NCBI RefSeq assembly: GCF_006345805.1
Contig: NC_043021.1
Coordinates: forward strand, 7,316,001 to 7,380,000
Reading direction: 5' to 3'
DNA length: 64,000 bases
From: Octopus sinensis
Lineage: Eukaryota
Part shown: positions 1 to 10,794 of the stretch, piece by piece
How positions within the stretch are numbered: position 1 is the first letter of the stretch
How the letters are laid out: every line of letters begins with the position of its first letter
The notes under the pieces: model-generated
Told to the model about the DNA's origin: nothing
What the model saw: only the letters and a program-made list of their open reading frames with translations
The model's database searches: none
Program-made: the position numbers and the translations under genes

Positions 1-8
1 TTAACTAT

Positions 9-407
9 ACTCTTTACTCTTTTACTGTTTTACTTGTTTCAGTCATCTGACTCTGGCTATGCTGGAGCACCGCCTTCAGTCGAGCAAATCGACCCCAGGA
101 CTTATTCTTTGTAAGCCCGGTACTTATTCTATTGGTCTCATTTGCCGGACCGCTAAGTTACGGGGACGTAAACACATCAGCATCGGTTGTCAAGCGATGT
201 TGGGTGGCGGACAAACACATACACACACGTACATACATATATACGATAGGCTTCTTTCAGTTTCCGTCTACCAAATCCACTCACAAAGCTTTGGTCGGCC
301 CGAGGCTATAGTAGAAGACACCCACCCAAGGTGCCACGCAGTGGGACTGAACTCGGAACCATGTGGTTCGTAAGCAAGCTACGTACCACACAGCCACTCC
401 TACGTCT
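9..407 (-). mobile_element. SINE family A, full length (tRNA-like head, CORE-like block, internal microsatellite, stem-loop tail)
   Basis: Minus-strand head GTAGGAGTGGCTGTGTGGTA...GGTTCCGAGTTCAGTCCC (A/B-box-like), then CCTTGGG..GTCTTCTACTATAGCC, an internal AC/AT tract and tail CAGTCAGATGACTGAAACAAGTAAAA; matches >20 other copies in the window. Confidence 0.85.
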
Positions 408-779
408 ATCTCATTATTTCAAAAATATTTCAAATATTATATTCTCCTGTGTTTGCTTCTCCTTTCCCGAATCTTTACGGTGTGATTTCGAGAAGATTCG
501 GCTGCTATTTCCAGCCGATCATTCAACCACCGTCAATCGTTGATTCGGTGTGGTTAATGCTACTGATATTATTGCTGTTAATGTTGTTGGCGTTGTTGTT
601 GTTGATGTTACTGTGTTTATTGTTGTTGTAGTCGTTGGGGTCGTTCTTGTTTTTATTTATTTTGTTTTTTTTCATTGATCACGGTTATTGTTTTCTCTCG
701 AGCAGAATCTCGACCACCACCACTACCACCACCGCCATGAAGTTTCTGCCGACTCAGCACAAAAATAGAATGGAATAAA

Positions 780-1302
780 AGAATGATATGATGGTGGTGG
801 TGGTGTTGGTGTGGTGGTGATGATGATGATGAGGCTGTTGATGATTATGATGGTAATGGTGATGCTGATTATGCTGATACTGGTGGTGGTGGTGGTGGTG
901 GTGGTATGGTGGTGGTATGGTGGTGGTATGGTGATGGTGGTGGTGGGGGTAGTGGTGGTATGGTGGTGATGGTGGTGGTGGTGGTGGTATGGTGGTGGTA
1001 TGGTGATGGTGGTGGTGGTGGTAGTGGTGGTATGGTGGTGGTGGTGGTGGTGGTATGATGGTGGTATGGTGATGGTGGTGGTGGTGGTGGTAGTGGTGGT
1101 GATGGTGGTGGTGGTTGTGGTTGTGGTGGTGGTGTTGGTGTGGTGGTGGTGGTGATGATGAGGCTGTTGATTATGATGGTAATGATGGTGGTGATTATGC
1201 TGATAGTGATGATGGCGGCGGTGGTGGTGGTGGTGGTGGTGGTGGTGATGATGAGGCTGTTGATGATTATGATGGCAGTGATGATGGTGATTATGCTGAT
1301 AC

Positions 1303-1358
<56 letters not shown>

Positions 1359-1470
1359 TTGGCGGCGGCAGCGGTGGTGGTGGTAACGGGGGGCGTTGGT
1401 CGTGGTGGTAGTGGTGGTTGTAGGTGTAGAGGTGGCAGAGATGCTGAAGATGATGATGATGATGATGATG
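780..1470. repeat. Compound (GGT)n/(GAT)n low-complexity tract with a ~65 bp unit present three times
   Basis: GATGATGAGGCTGTTGAT(G)ATTATGATGG..ATTATGCTGATA at ~822, ~1154 and ~1246 within GGT/GAT runs. Confidence 0.9.
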
Positions 1471-1801
1471 AGGAACAGATAGAAACAGTGAACAAAAGAA
1501 TACAAAAACGGAAAAGGTATCCTGGTGCGATAAGTATTTTGGTAGTTTGGTCATCGGAAATTAAGGAGTAAGCACGGCTTTCATGATTGTTGTTGTTGTT
1601 GTTAGTGTTGCAGCTCGTACTGCTTGCCATTGGTGCCGGTGCTGGTGATGGTATTGGTGTTGGTATGTGTGTGTTGTTGGTGGTAGTAGTAGTGGCGGCG
1701 GTGTGGTGTTTTTCGAAACACCAATGTTATTGTCGCTACGGTTTTTCGATTTCTTCTTTGTAAAATATCTGTCTGTCTGTCTGTCTGTCTTTCCATCTCA
1801 C

Positions 1802-2600
1802 TCAATGCATGTATGTATGCATGTATGCATGTGTGTATGCATGCATATATGTATGCATATATGTATGCATGCATGTATGTGTGTATGCATGCATACATAT
1901 ATGCATGCATACACACATGCATGCATGCATATATGTCTGTATGTATACATGAACGCATGTATGCATGCATATACTTATATATCTATGTACATTTGTGTAT
2001 GTGTAGATATATATATATATAAATGAATATGTGTACATATGCGGGTATATATAGATGTGTGTATGTGTGTGTTTGTGTGTGTATATGTATACATGCATAA
2101 ATGCATAAATACACACATATCCATCTATATACATATGGATACACACAAATACACATACAGACAAACAAACAGATATACTGTCATGCATATATATATATAT
2201 GTATGTATATATACCCTCATATATATATAGATAGATATATACCCTCATATTTATAGATAGATTTGTAAACATACATTTACACATATATATACAAATATAA
2301 TATATACATACATACATAAACACACACGCACGCACACAGGCGGGAGTGCGCACGCACACACACACACACACACATTATATATAACTCTCTTGTGTCTCAT
2401 TAATAGTGGCCGATTAATTTGCATATAATTCGATTGCTTTCGGCGAACATCAATTTCGGAAACACACATTGGAGATAAGCATACGCTGATACGCACGCAT
2501 ACACATATGCACTTATATGTCATACGCACAACCATAGTCACACGTACGCTCACACACACACACACACACGCACACACACACACAAAATACATTATTTAAT
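1802..2600. repeat. Compound (ATGC/ATGT/AT/AC)n microsatellite field
   Basis: Direct reading. Confidence 0.9.
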
Positions 2601-2659
2601 TTGTCTACTTTTCAATTAACTGGATTCTTAATATTTATTTTTATCATAAACTTTGTTGC

Positions 2660-2716
<57 letters not shown>

Positions 2717-2720
2717 TATT

Positions 2721-2761
<41 letters not shown>

Positions 2762-2885
2762 ACACATATTCTTTGTTTTGTCCTAAACTGTCCATGTTTT
2801 TCTTAATGTAAACCCTTGCGGTTAATAAAGAAATTATTGTTATTATTATTATTATTATTTAATAATAATAATTAATTAATTAATT
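2660..2885. repeat. (ATT)n microsatellite
   Basis: Direct reading. Confidence 0.9.
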
Positions 2886-3275
2886 AAGGCGACGAGCTGG
2901 TAGAATCGTTAACACGCTGGACGAAATTCTTAGCGGTTTTTCCCACGTCGATGCGTTCTGAGTTCAAATTCCACCGAGGTTCGACTTTGTCTTTCATCAT
3001 TTGGGGTTCGATGAATTAAGTACCTGTTACACACAGGGGTCGATGTAATCGACTTAATCCGTTTTTCTGTCCTTGTTTGTCCGTTCTGTATTTAGCTCCT
3101 TGTGGGTAGTAAAGAAATAGGTATTTTGTGTCGTTATGTTCTGAGTTCAAATTCCACCGAGGGTGTCTTTGCCTTTCATCATTTCGGGGGCGATTAGATA
3201 AGTACCAGTTACGCACTGAAGTCGATGTCATTAACTTAACCCCCTCCCCCAAGCTGGCCTTGTTGCAAAAATTTG
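2886..3275 (+). mobile_element. SINE family B dimer (head + unit with tail 1 + unit with tail 2)
   Basis: Head AAGGCGACGAGCTGGTAGAATCGTTA, core GTTCTGAGTTCAAATTCC..CTTTCATC twice, junction AAAGAAATAG/GTATTT at 3111-3126, ends GGCCTTGTTGCAAAAATTTGAAATC(ATT)n. Confidence 0.85.
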
Positions 3276-3439
3276 AAATCATTATTATTGTTGTTGTTAT
3301 TTACTTTTAATCTGCATGGTTGATACAATTACTTACCGGAACACACCCAACACCCTAGGACAAGTGAAGGTTAAGAGATGTTGAACTGTAACTGAAAGCT
3401 TGGGGAGAGGAAAGTTGCGAGGGCAGTAGAGAAATACCT

Positions 3440-4010
3440 CCACATAACGCAACACAAATATTTAAATTGGTAAGGTTTTTCAAAGGATATGGGCAGTACA
3501 TTTAAGACAAGGCTCTCCTGGGATGTTGTCTAAATTTTTTCTGACATCCCTTTTTTTATCATACCTACGACACCTACAATAACAGGAACAGTTTTTGATT
3601 TAAGATGCCACATCTTTTGCATTTCTATTTCCAGGTCCTTATATTTAATAAATTCCTTTACAGATATTCCTCTACAGATTTTTATCAGTGAAAACACTTA
3701 AATCTATTAACCTACAAGTATTTTCTTCCCTGTCTTTAATGATTATGTCTAGTCGATTATCCTGGATCGTTCTTACAGTGTCAACTGGAAAATCCTAGAG
3801 GATGGTAGCATTTTTACTTTCAACCATTGGTTCAGTATGGTGTCCATACCAGTTAGCAGGAGTGGGTTTTTAAGTGTTTATATATTTTCCAATGTAAATA
3901 CTGTCCTACCCTATCGTGGATTTTTGTATTCGTCAAATTTATTACAGAATCTGCAGCTAAGGTCGGTACCGTTTTGAAGAACGTTAGCCTGGTAATTTCT
4001 GGTTTGATCT
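3440..4010 (-). mobile_element. Decayed R4/Dong-like non-LTR retrotransposon, C-terminal REL endonuclease region
   Basis: Minus translation with stops/frameshifts: WYGHHTEPMVESKNATIL*DFPVDTVRTIQDNRLDIIIKDREENTCRLIDLSV...KYKDLEIEMQKMWHLKSKTVPVIVGVVGMIKKG, matching the ILWDF..RPDI..IDV..KY.DL..E..RMW..VPVIVGALG pattern. Confidence 0.8.
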
Positions 4011-4506
4011 CGTACCACCAGTATGAAGCTTTTAATTGCTGTTGTTATCAATATTAGCGCATGCACTTCAGTTCGTTATTTGCTCTTGTCATTCGTCATG
4101 TCATCATTATCCGGCGGGAAGAACACAAGACACAGCATCAAGGATGTCACAATTACTCATTAAAGAGTTCACAATACGCATAACAATCAACAAAGGAACA
4201 GAAAAAGAGCGTACTTATTTGTTGTCACATCTCAACCAGTAGGTGCGTACCTAAGGTCTTCCAGTCGTGACCATCCTGTTTCTTTTGTTTACAAACACAA
4301 TATATCAAAGTCTTTATTAATCAATGCGTCACTGGTTTTTTTGGGAAGTTCTTTTGTTATTTCCAGCAATTCCAGTGAACAAACAGAAGCTTTCCAGTTC
4401 TTGTTGTTGTTGGTCAACTCCGGGTCAGCTCTGATCGGCCTGACCTACGTACGATCAAACCAGTTCGAGCTGCAACCATATAAACTGTCTCTCTCCCTCC
4501 ATCTCG

Positions 4507-4549
<43 letters not shown>

Positions 4550-4569
4550 CACACACCAAATATATATAG

Positions 4570-4906
4570 AAGCAGCTGTGTGGTAAGAAGCTTGCTTATC
4601 AACCACATGGTTCCGGGTTCAGTCCCACTGAGTGGCATCTTGGGCAAGTGTCTCCTACTATATCCTAGGGCCGACCAAGCTTTGTGAGTGGATATATATA
4701 TATATATATGTATGTATTTGTGTCTGTGTTTGTCCCCTTACCATCTCTTGACAACCGATGTTGGCATGTTTACGTCCCCTGTAACTCAGAGGTTCGACTA
4801 AAGACACCAATAGAATAAACAATAAATCCTGGGGTCGATTTTTTCGATTAAAGGCGGTGCTCCAGCATGGCTGCAGTCAAATGACTGAAACGAGTAAGAT
4901 AAAAGA
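4570..4906 (+). mobile_element. SINE family A copy
   Basis: GCTGTGTGGTAAGAAGCTTGC head to GCAGTCAAATGACTGAAACGAGTA tail. Confidence 0.85.
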
Positions 4907-5284
4907 ATATTTATACTTAAATATCGTCTGAAAGTTTCCACTCTTTTGCTTTCTCTCGTCTTGCATATATACATACATACATACATATTTTGTATTTCAT
5001 ATCCAGGCTGTTGTATTTAATATATTTAATTTGTTTATCCGCATAATCGGCTCCATTTTTGCTTAACCTGACCCCTCTTTACCCCAAGGAATTGACACCT
5101 TGTAAAGGCATCGGAGTTTCAGTGTGAATTATTTGAGCGTCACCGTCGTCTACACTAAAAATCTCTGTGTCGTATCTGTTGTCTAGTTGAACTATTCGCT
5201 TAATATGTAAATTAGTCTATTCATCAGTGTTGCACCGCGAAACTTAGTGGCTATTTAAGCAATGTGTTCGCGGGTGGATACCAA

Positions 5285-5420
5285 AGCCTGGGAATCGATC
5301 CCAAAGCCTGGGTCATTGAAGCTCAGGACAAGCCCGGTTGGCATCATTCCATCTCCACTGTGACAAATCATTTTGAAGCTGAACGACAGAGAAAAGAGGA
5401 AGAGAAACAAGAAAGAAAAT
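5285..5420 (+). mobile_element. RTE-type LINE ORF2 C-terminal remnant
   Basis: LGIDPKAWVIEAQDKPGWHHSISTVTNHFEAERQRKEEEKQERK resembles RTE C-termini (..IDP..W...AQDR..WR..V....FE..R....EKR.RRK). Confidence 0.55.
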
Positions 5421-5632
5421 GGAGGCTACCACAACCAAACCTCCACCACGGATCTCCTGTGAACTTTGTAACAGACAATTCCAATCAAGAATCAGCCTCA
5501 TTTGTCATCAGAGGCATAAACACGGAGATAGGGGAAGAAGTAGTCATGAAGAAACTAAATATATTATCGGACACACGATAAGACGCTGAGGACGACGATG
5601 ACGACGTCGTGGATGGTTAATGAGTTGGATAT

Positions 5633-5677
5633 GGGACTGATGAAAGAGCAATAGCTCCTGAAATATGCATATACACC
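5633..5677 (+). ncRNA. Degenerate minimal hammerhead-like motif
   Basis: CTGATGA-AA-GAGC AATA GCTC-CT-GAAA followed by palindrome ATATGCATAT; stem I pairs poorly. Confidence 0.3.
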
Positions 5678-6119
5678 TTTTACCCATTTTTTCTATCTTC
5701 GATCGCATTGTTTACATAGAAGTATTCGTATACGAAACGTCGTAACCTTCAGCGCTGGCTCTAAATTCTATAGAAAGTCTGTAAAGATACACTTAATGCT
5801 ATATTAATACTTTGACCAGTCAACCATTCTGGAGTGGTACCTTCTTTTATCTACCACGAGAAGCCTGAGTGGGATGTCAGTCCAGAACGTAAGAAGCCAA
5901 AACAAATACTGAAAAGCAATTTGTTCATCGCTCTAACAATTACACCAATCCTGTGCTTTGGGCTGCTAATTTATTTTGTCGACTTTGATAAGCCTCGGCG
6001 AGATCGAACCCAGGACGTAAAGAACCGACAAAAGAAAAAAAAATTGTAAAGCATTCTGTCCCAGGTCCAAATAATTTTGCCAGTTCGCCTCCTAATAATG
6101 CTCAACTGACAGGATGGTC

Positions 6120-6352
6120 AAGGCGGCGAGCTGGCAGAAACGTTAGCATGCCGGGCGAAATGCCTAGCGGTATTTCATCTGCCGTTACATTCTGAGTTCA
6201 AATTCCGCCGAGGTCGACTTTGCCTTTCATCCTTTCGGGGTCGATAAATTAAGTACCAGTTATGCACTGGGTCGATATAATCGACTTAATCTGTTTGTCT
6301 GTCCTTCTTTGTCCTCTCTGTGTTTAGCCCCTTGTGGACAGTAAAGAAATAG
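6120..6352 (+). mobile_element. SINE family B monomer (tail 1)
   Basis: AAGGCGGCGAGCTGGCAGAAACGTTAGC...GCCCCTTGTGGACAGTAAAGAAATAGG. Confidence 0.9.
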
Positions 6353-6543
6353 GATGGTCCAGTCTGAAACACTCTTGACCATAAGCCTGCTATATCACGC
6401 TTGACTTGGAGCAAGACAGCAGCAAGAACAACAACAGCAGCAGGAAGAACAACAACAATGTCAACAACAACATATTGTTGAAAACACATCGCGATCGACC
6501 GAACTAGCAACCAAATCCTCAAATCCCATCCTATAGTCTTTAA

Positions 6544-6762
6544 CTCTTTAACATTTAATCCGGCCATATCCGGTTCAAATATTCTACGTTTTATGTTAAA
6601 ACTGGCCAGATCCAACCTTTTACACTTATTCTAATATGTCATTCTAAAAATATATAAAACATAGCATTGAAATTTCAAAGCTACAAGATAATGCATGATT
6701 AATTCTAAACAATATGAATAAATAAGCATTACATTTGACACAGAAACCTGAATGCCAAAGAG
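6544..6762. mobile_element. piggyBac-type MITE
   Basis: TTAA at 6540-6543 and 6763-6766 flanking ends CTCTTTAACATT / AATGCCAAAGAG; AT-rich non-coding interior. Confidence 0.65.
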
Positions 6763-7105
6763 TTAAACCGGGAAAGACAGGCTGAAGTTATAAACAACGT
6801 ATTGTTGTTCTGCGGGCAGCATATTATCACCGATTTATCCTCGGGAATATTTCAGCTCTTTTCCTTTCTTTAGCTCCTCCTGTCACAGTTTTGATATTTC
6901 TATAATTTTATATCCGTGTAGAAGAAAGCTAATCAGATGGAAATTGCCATTTTATTTTGTCTTATTTTATTTATTTAAAAACATTGTGGCAGAAAGGGAT
7001 TGTCATAACATGTCCTGTTTCTAAATTTAAATTTTGATTAGGTCAATGTACCATCGTAAATCTCAACAAAAACATAGCACGAAAATTGCTTGCCACTTCA
7101 CTTAC

Positions 7106-7139
<34 letters not shown>

Positions 7140-7434
7140 TTTACATATTTCCATGCATGCATGGGTGTTGAAATCCAACGTATTTTCGGACCATCTAGGA
7201 TATAGTCTGTTTTGGTTATATAAATATGTATAAATATGCACACATGTAAATATATACATACACACACACACATATATATATATATGTATGTTTGAATATA
7301 TGCATGTATATATGTATATATGTATATATGCATGTATGCATATATATAATATAAATAATATATATATATATATTGCATATATACATACGTATATGTACAT
7401 ATATATATATATATATATATACATACATGCATAT

Positions 7435-7700
7435 ATGAGTACAAGACGTCATAAAACGTAAACAACATGAGATACGAAAACAACAAGAAATACGAAAACA
7501 TAGAATACGAACTTTGTTTTGCGAACAACGAAAGAAACAAATGGAAAAAAAGACAAGTAACATAAAGAACGACCCTTCATCAGTTGTCGGCAGTTTTATC
7601 TACTCCACATTTCGAGCAATTACAAGATGTGTCTTCGAGAAAGCAGTTGCTCCCGCAAAGTAAATTAAATTTGGGATTTGTGGAGGGTCAAAATTGGTAT
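7435..7700 (-). mobile_element. T-rich repeat module, probable PLE pLTR-derived (homologous to 16265-16500 and 21711-21845)
   Basis: Minus strand TTTGACCCTCCACAAAT..GGGAGCAACTG..GCTCGAAATG..CAACTGATGAAGGGTCGTTCTTTATGTTACTTGTC..GTACTCATATATGCATG aligns by eye with the two plus-strand copies. Confidence 0.45.
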
Positions 7701-7732
7701 GTATTGATATATATACATATATATGTGTGTGA

Positions 7733-7777
<45 letters not shown>

Positions 7778-8263
7778 GTGTGTGTGTGTGTGTTTGCTTG
7801 TGTGAATGCACACGCAAACACACACACACATACACACACACATATATATATATTCATACACATCTTGGCGATATGGTTACGGCTGTTGTTCACAACCACC
7901 TCTACGAACAAAAACAACAGCAACAACACCAAAAAATAGTAAAAACAGAATAATCTTGAAACCCTTGCCTGCCTTTCTCCACCACAAACATATGTGTATA
8001 CACACACACGTATATACATACGTAAAAACAAATAACTTAAATGAGGATAGGAGAAATCAAATTGACATTACAATCGTTTCCGTAAACAAGCGATATCATT
8101 TACCTCATATCATATATAGAGTTGCGCAGTTCATACAATATTAAGTAATATATGTCATAATATATGTTGTAATATTATTATCATCCATTCACTTCTTCAG
8201 ATGTTATGATTTGAAAACACTATCGACCTTAAGAATATTTTGAGAAGAATTCGTTTTTTTACA

Positions 8264-8373
8264 TGTTTACAATATATAAATAGCCGGAGCACTTAAAGTT
8301 GTCACATGATATAATTTTGCAAGAGATATCAATCAAAACTTTAAGTGTTCTGACTATTTATATATTGTAAACA
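8264..8373. repeat. Foldback/MITE-like inverted repeat
   Basis: 37 bp arms 8264-8300 and 8337-8373 (3 mismatches), 36 bp spacer. Confidence 0.75.
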
Positions 8374-8479
8374 AGCTTAACAGAAATCATCCCCAAATAT
8401 TTATTAGGTCGGTCGTGCCTTCACATCATGACATTCGAAGATGTGAATGGACTATAAGAATATTGTTACATTCTTATAT

Positions 8480-8535
<56 letters not shown>

Positions 8536-8538
<3 letters not shown>

Positions 8539-8730
8539 TTCTTCCACCACCACTTGACAACTGGCGTTGGTGTGTTTACGACCCCGTAACTTAGCGATTC
8601 AGCAAAAGACACCGATAGAAAGATTACCAGGCTTTAAAATGAAGCGCTGGGGTCCGCTTGTTCGACTAAAAACCTTTCATGGCGGTGCCCCAGCATGGCC
8701 GCAGTCAAATGACTGAAACAAGTAGTAGAT
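8536..8730 (+). mobile_element. SINE family A, 3' half following a (GT)n tract
   Basis: TTGACAACTGGCGTTGGTGTGTTTACG...GCAGTCAAATGACTGAAACAAGTA. Confidence 0.8.
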
Positions 8731-8760
8731 AAAAAATATATTATGGCATACATTACCTAA

Positions 8761-9190
8761 TCTCTCTATATATAAACGGCAGTTTGTCTGTCTGTGTGTC
8801 TGTGTGGCTGTCAGGTTGTACCCTCACCCTGACCACGGCTTTCAACCGATTCTGATGAAACTTGACACACACATAGCCCAATGTCATAATTCAAAACTAA
8901 CGCAGCGAAAATTTTGAAAAGTTCCCCCAGTTCTGAAAAAAATCGATAAATTCGACATGGGGTCGAGAATCTAAGCTTTTTATATGCAACACATTTTCTG
9001 TTGTAGTTTTCGCAACTTGCAATCGGGAGACAGCTTGGAACATCATATACATAGAAGTATTCGAGTGAAGAGAAGACATTGCAACCTACACATGCGCCTT
9101 CGTTCCCTAGAAGGAAAGAACTAGATTGGGATTAGTCGTTGCCTACTAGGGGCTCTTACATACCCGGGCAACGCCGGGCTATGCTGCTAG
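8761..9190 (+). mobile_element. Non-autonomous Helitron
   Basis: A|TC 5' end at 8760/8761, subterminal hairpin CCCGG-GCAACG-CCGGG (9163-9178), 3' CTAG|T at 9187-9191, no TSD. Confidence 0.75.
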
Positions 9191-9504
9191 TATTGTATAA
9201 ACTGCGTAACATTGTGTGAGATATGGAATAAACGATATCGTCTGTTTACGGAAAAAAGTGCTAAAGTCAATTCGACTTCCCTTTTCCTCATTCAAATTAT
9301 TACTTTCATTATTCACTGCTGTGAGACTTGCGGATCTCCTTTTGATTTTGGAGTTATATACTAGTCACGTCCCTGCATGATGTGCTAATAAGGCGACGCC
9401 TCTAGTTATAATCATCCTTTGATTCTCTTTATATGTGTATTAATCGCTGGCAAGAACACAGTGTTTTGTTTTGCAACCATAATATACTACTAGAAATATT
9501 AAAG

Positions 9505-9800
9505 GTTTCCTTCCTTCTCGAGTCACGCCTGGCTCATTAGGGCCGGTTTCCTTGGCGTATAGGTTCCCCACCTGGACGGGACGCCAGTCCGTCGCAGGTG
9601 AGCTGCAAGATGCAGGAGGAAAGAGTGAGAGAAAGTTGTGGCGAAAGAGTCAGCAGAAGTTCGCCATTACCTTCTGCCGGAGTCGCGTGGAGCTTTGGTG
9701 TTTCGCTCATAAACACACACATCGCCCGGTCTAAGATTCGAACCCGCGATCCATCGACCGCGAGTCCGCTGCTCTAACCACTAGGCCATGTGTCTCCACA
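9505..9800 (-). mobile_element. SINE family C, variant with alternative 3' half (C2)
   Basis: Head TGTGGAGACACATGGCCTAGTGGTTAGAGCAGCGGACTCGCGG..GGTTCGAATC; 3' half GGCGTCCCGTCCAGG..GGCCC..TGAGCCAGGC shared with 40020-40315. Confidence 0.75.
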
Positions 9801-10149
9801 TATTAAAGGTTTATTAGTGAATGTCACGTCTTATTTTGTGTTTGTTTGTCTCTATAAATTTCCTATAGAATTCAGAGCCAGCGCTGAAAGTTAACGATGC
9901 TTTGTATACGAACACGTTTATGTAAGCATGTAAGCAATGCGACGGGAAATAGAAAAAAATAAGTAATGGGTGTATCAGGACCACATGCAACCCTTCAACT
10001 ATCCACAATATAGATATATGAAAATGTGTGTGTGTTTGTGTGTGAGTGTGTGTGTGTATCGATATAGCTATAGATATACAATTAGATATTGATACACACA
10101 AATACGCACATACATGCAAGTATACATAAATACATAAATAAATCTGCTG

Positions 10150-10460
10150 AGACCCCCTTCGGTCATGACTGACCATGGGATTGCACCTAGGAAATTACCC
10201 TCCCAGGCACAAGTCCAGGCAAGGTTGTTTTTATGGAAGACCAGCAGTTGCCCATGCATACCGGCCTCCACTCTCCATGCCACCAGTGTTATCCAAGGGA
10301 ATGGCTGATACAGCTTGGTACCTGTGACGTCACAACTTATTTCTACAACTGAGTGAACTGGAGCAACGTGAAATCAAAAGTGTCTACAACATATAGCCCG
10401 GTCCGGGGTTCGAACTCAGAACTTCACGATCGTAAGCTCGGCGCTCTGACCACTGAGCCA
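10150..10460 (-). mobile_element. SINE family D copy
   Basis: Head TGGCTCAGTGGTCAGAGCGCCGAGC..GAGTTCGAACCCCGG; TTGCTCCAGTTCACTCAG block; tail GGTCAGTCATGACCGAAGGGG. Confidence 0.8.
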
Positions 10461-10663
10461 TTTCTGGAACACACCCTAATGTTCTCTTTATTGACAACAA
10501 TCAGGAGCGTCGACTAATTATTCGAATCTAGAAAAGTCGCCCATACCACGTGATCCAGACATTTCCGAAAGAGCATTACTATTTTGCTTGATTCAAGCTG
10601 TGAGGAAGATAGCTACATCTCATTGTGGTCAATAAAGAGAACATTAGGATGTGCTCCGGAAAT
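10460..10663. mobile_element. MITE-like element with ~42 bp terminal inverted repeats
   Basis: ATTTCTGGAACACACCCTAATGTTCTCTTTATTGACAACAAT versus ATTGTGGTCAATAAAGAGAACATTAGGATGTGCTCCGGAAAT (4 mismatches). Confidence 0.7.
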
Positions 10664-10794
10664 CTAAATATAGTGATTAAAGATCGTCAAAGAAATGACT
10701 TCGCATTTAAGTCAAACACAACCCACGCGCATTTACGTAATTGATTCTACTTGTCGATAATTTGGGCGGAGAATAAGTAACAGAGGTTACTTAC

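Noticed and set aside
5834-6049. 71 aa ORF with an apparent transmembrane helix and basic tail
   Set aside because: Its 3' part (from ~5990) and the flank to ~6092 read as a decayed reverse SINE-B head (CCTCGGCGAGATCGAACCCAGGACGTAAAG..TTGCCAGTTCGCCTCCT) and its start resembles the SINE core; no splice or homology support
8850-8866. CTGATGAAAC inside the Helitron, and other isolated CTGATGA/CTGAAGA words (16357, 17559, 25973, 38324, 53687, 57782)
   Set aside because: No stem II plus GAAA plus stem III/NUH in the right order, so not hammerheads
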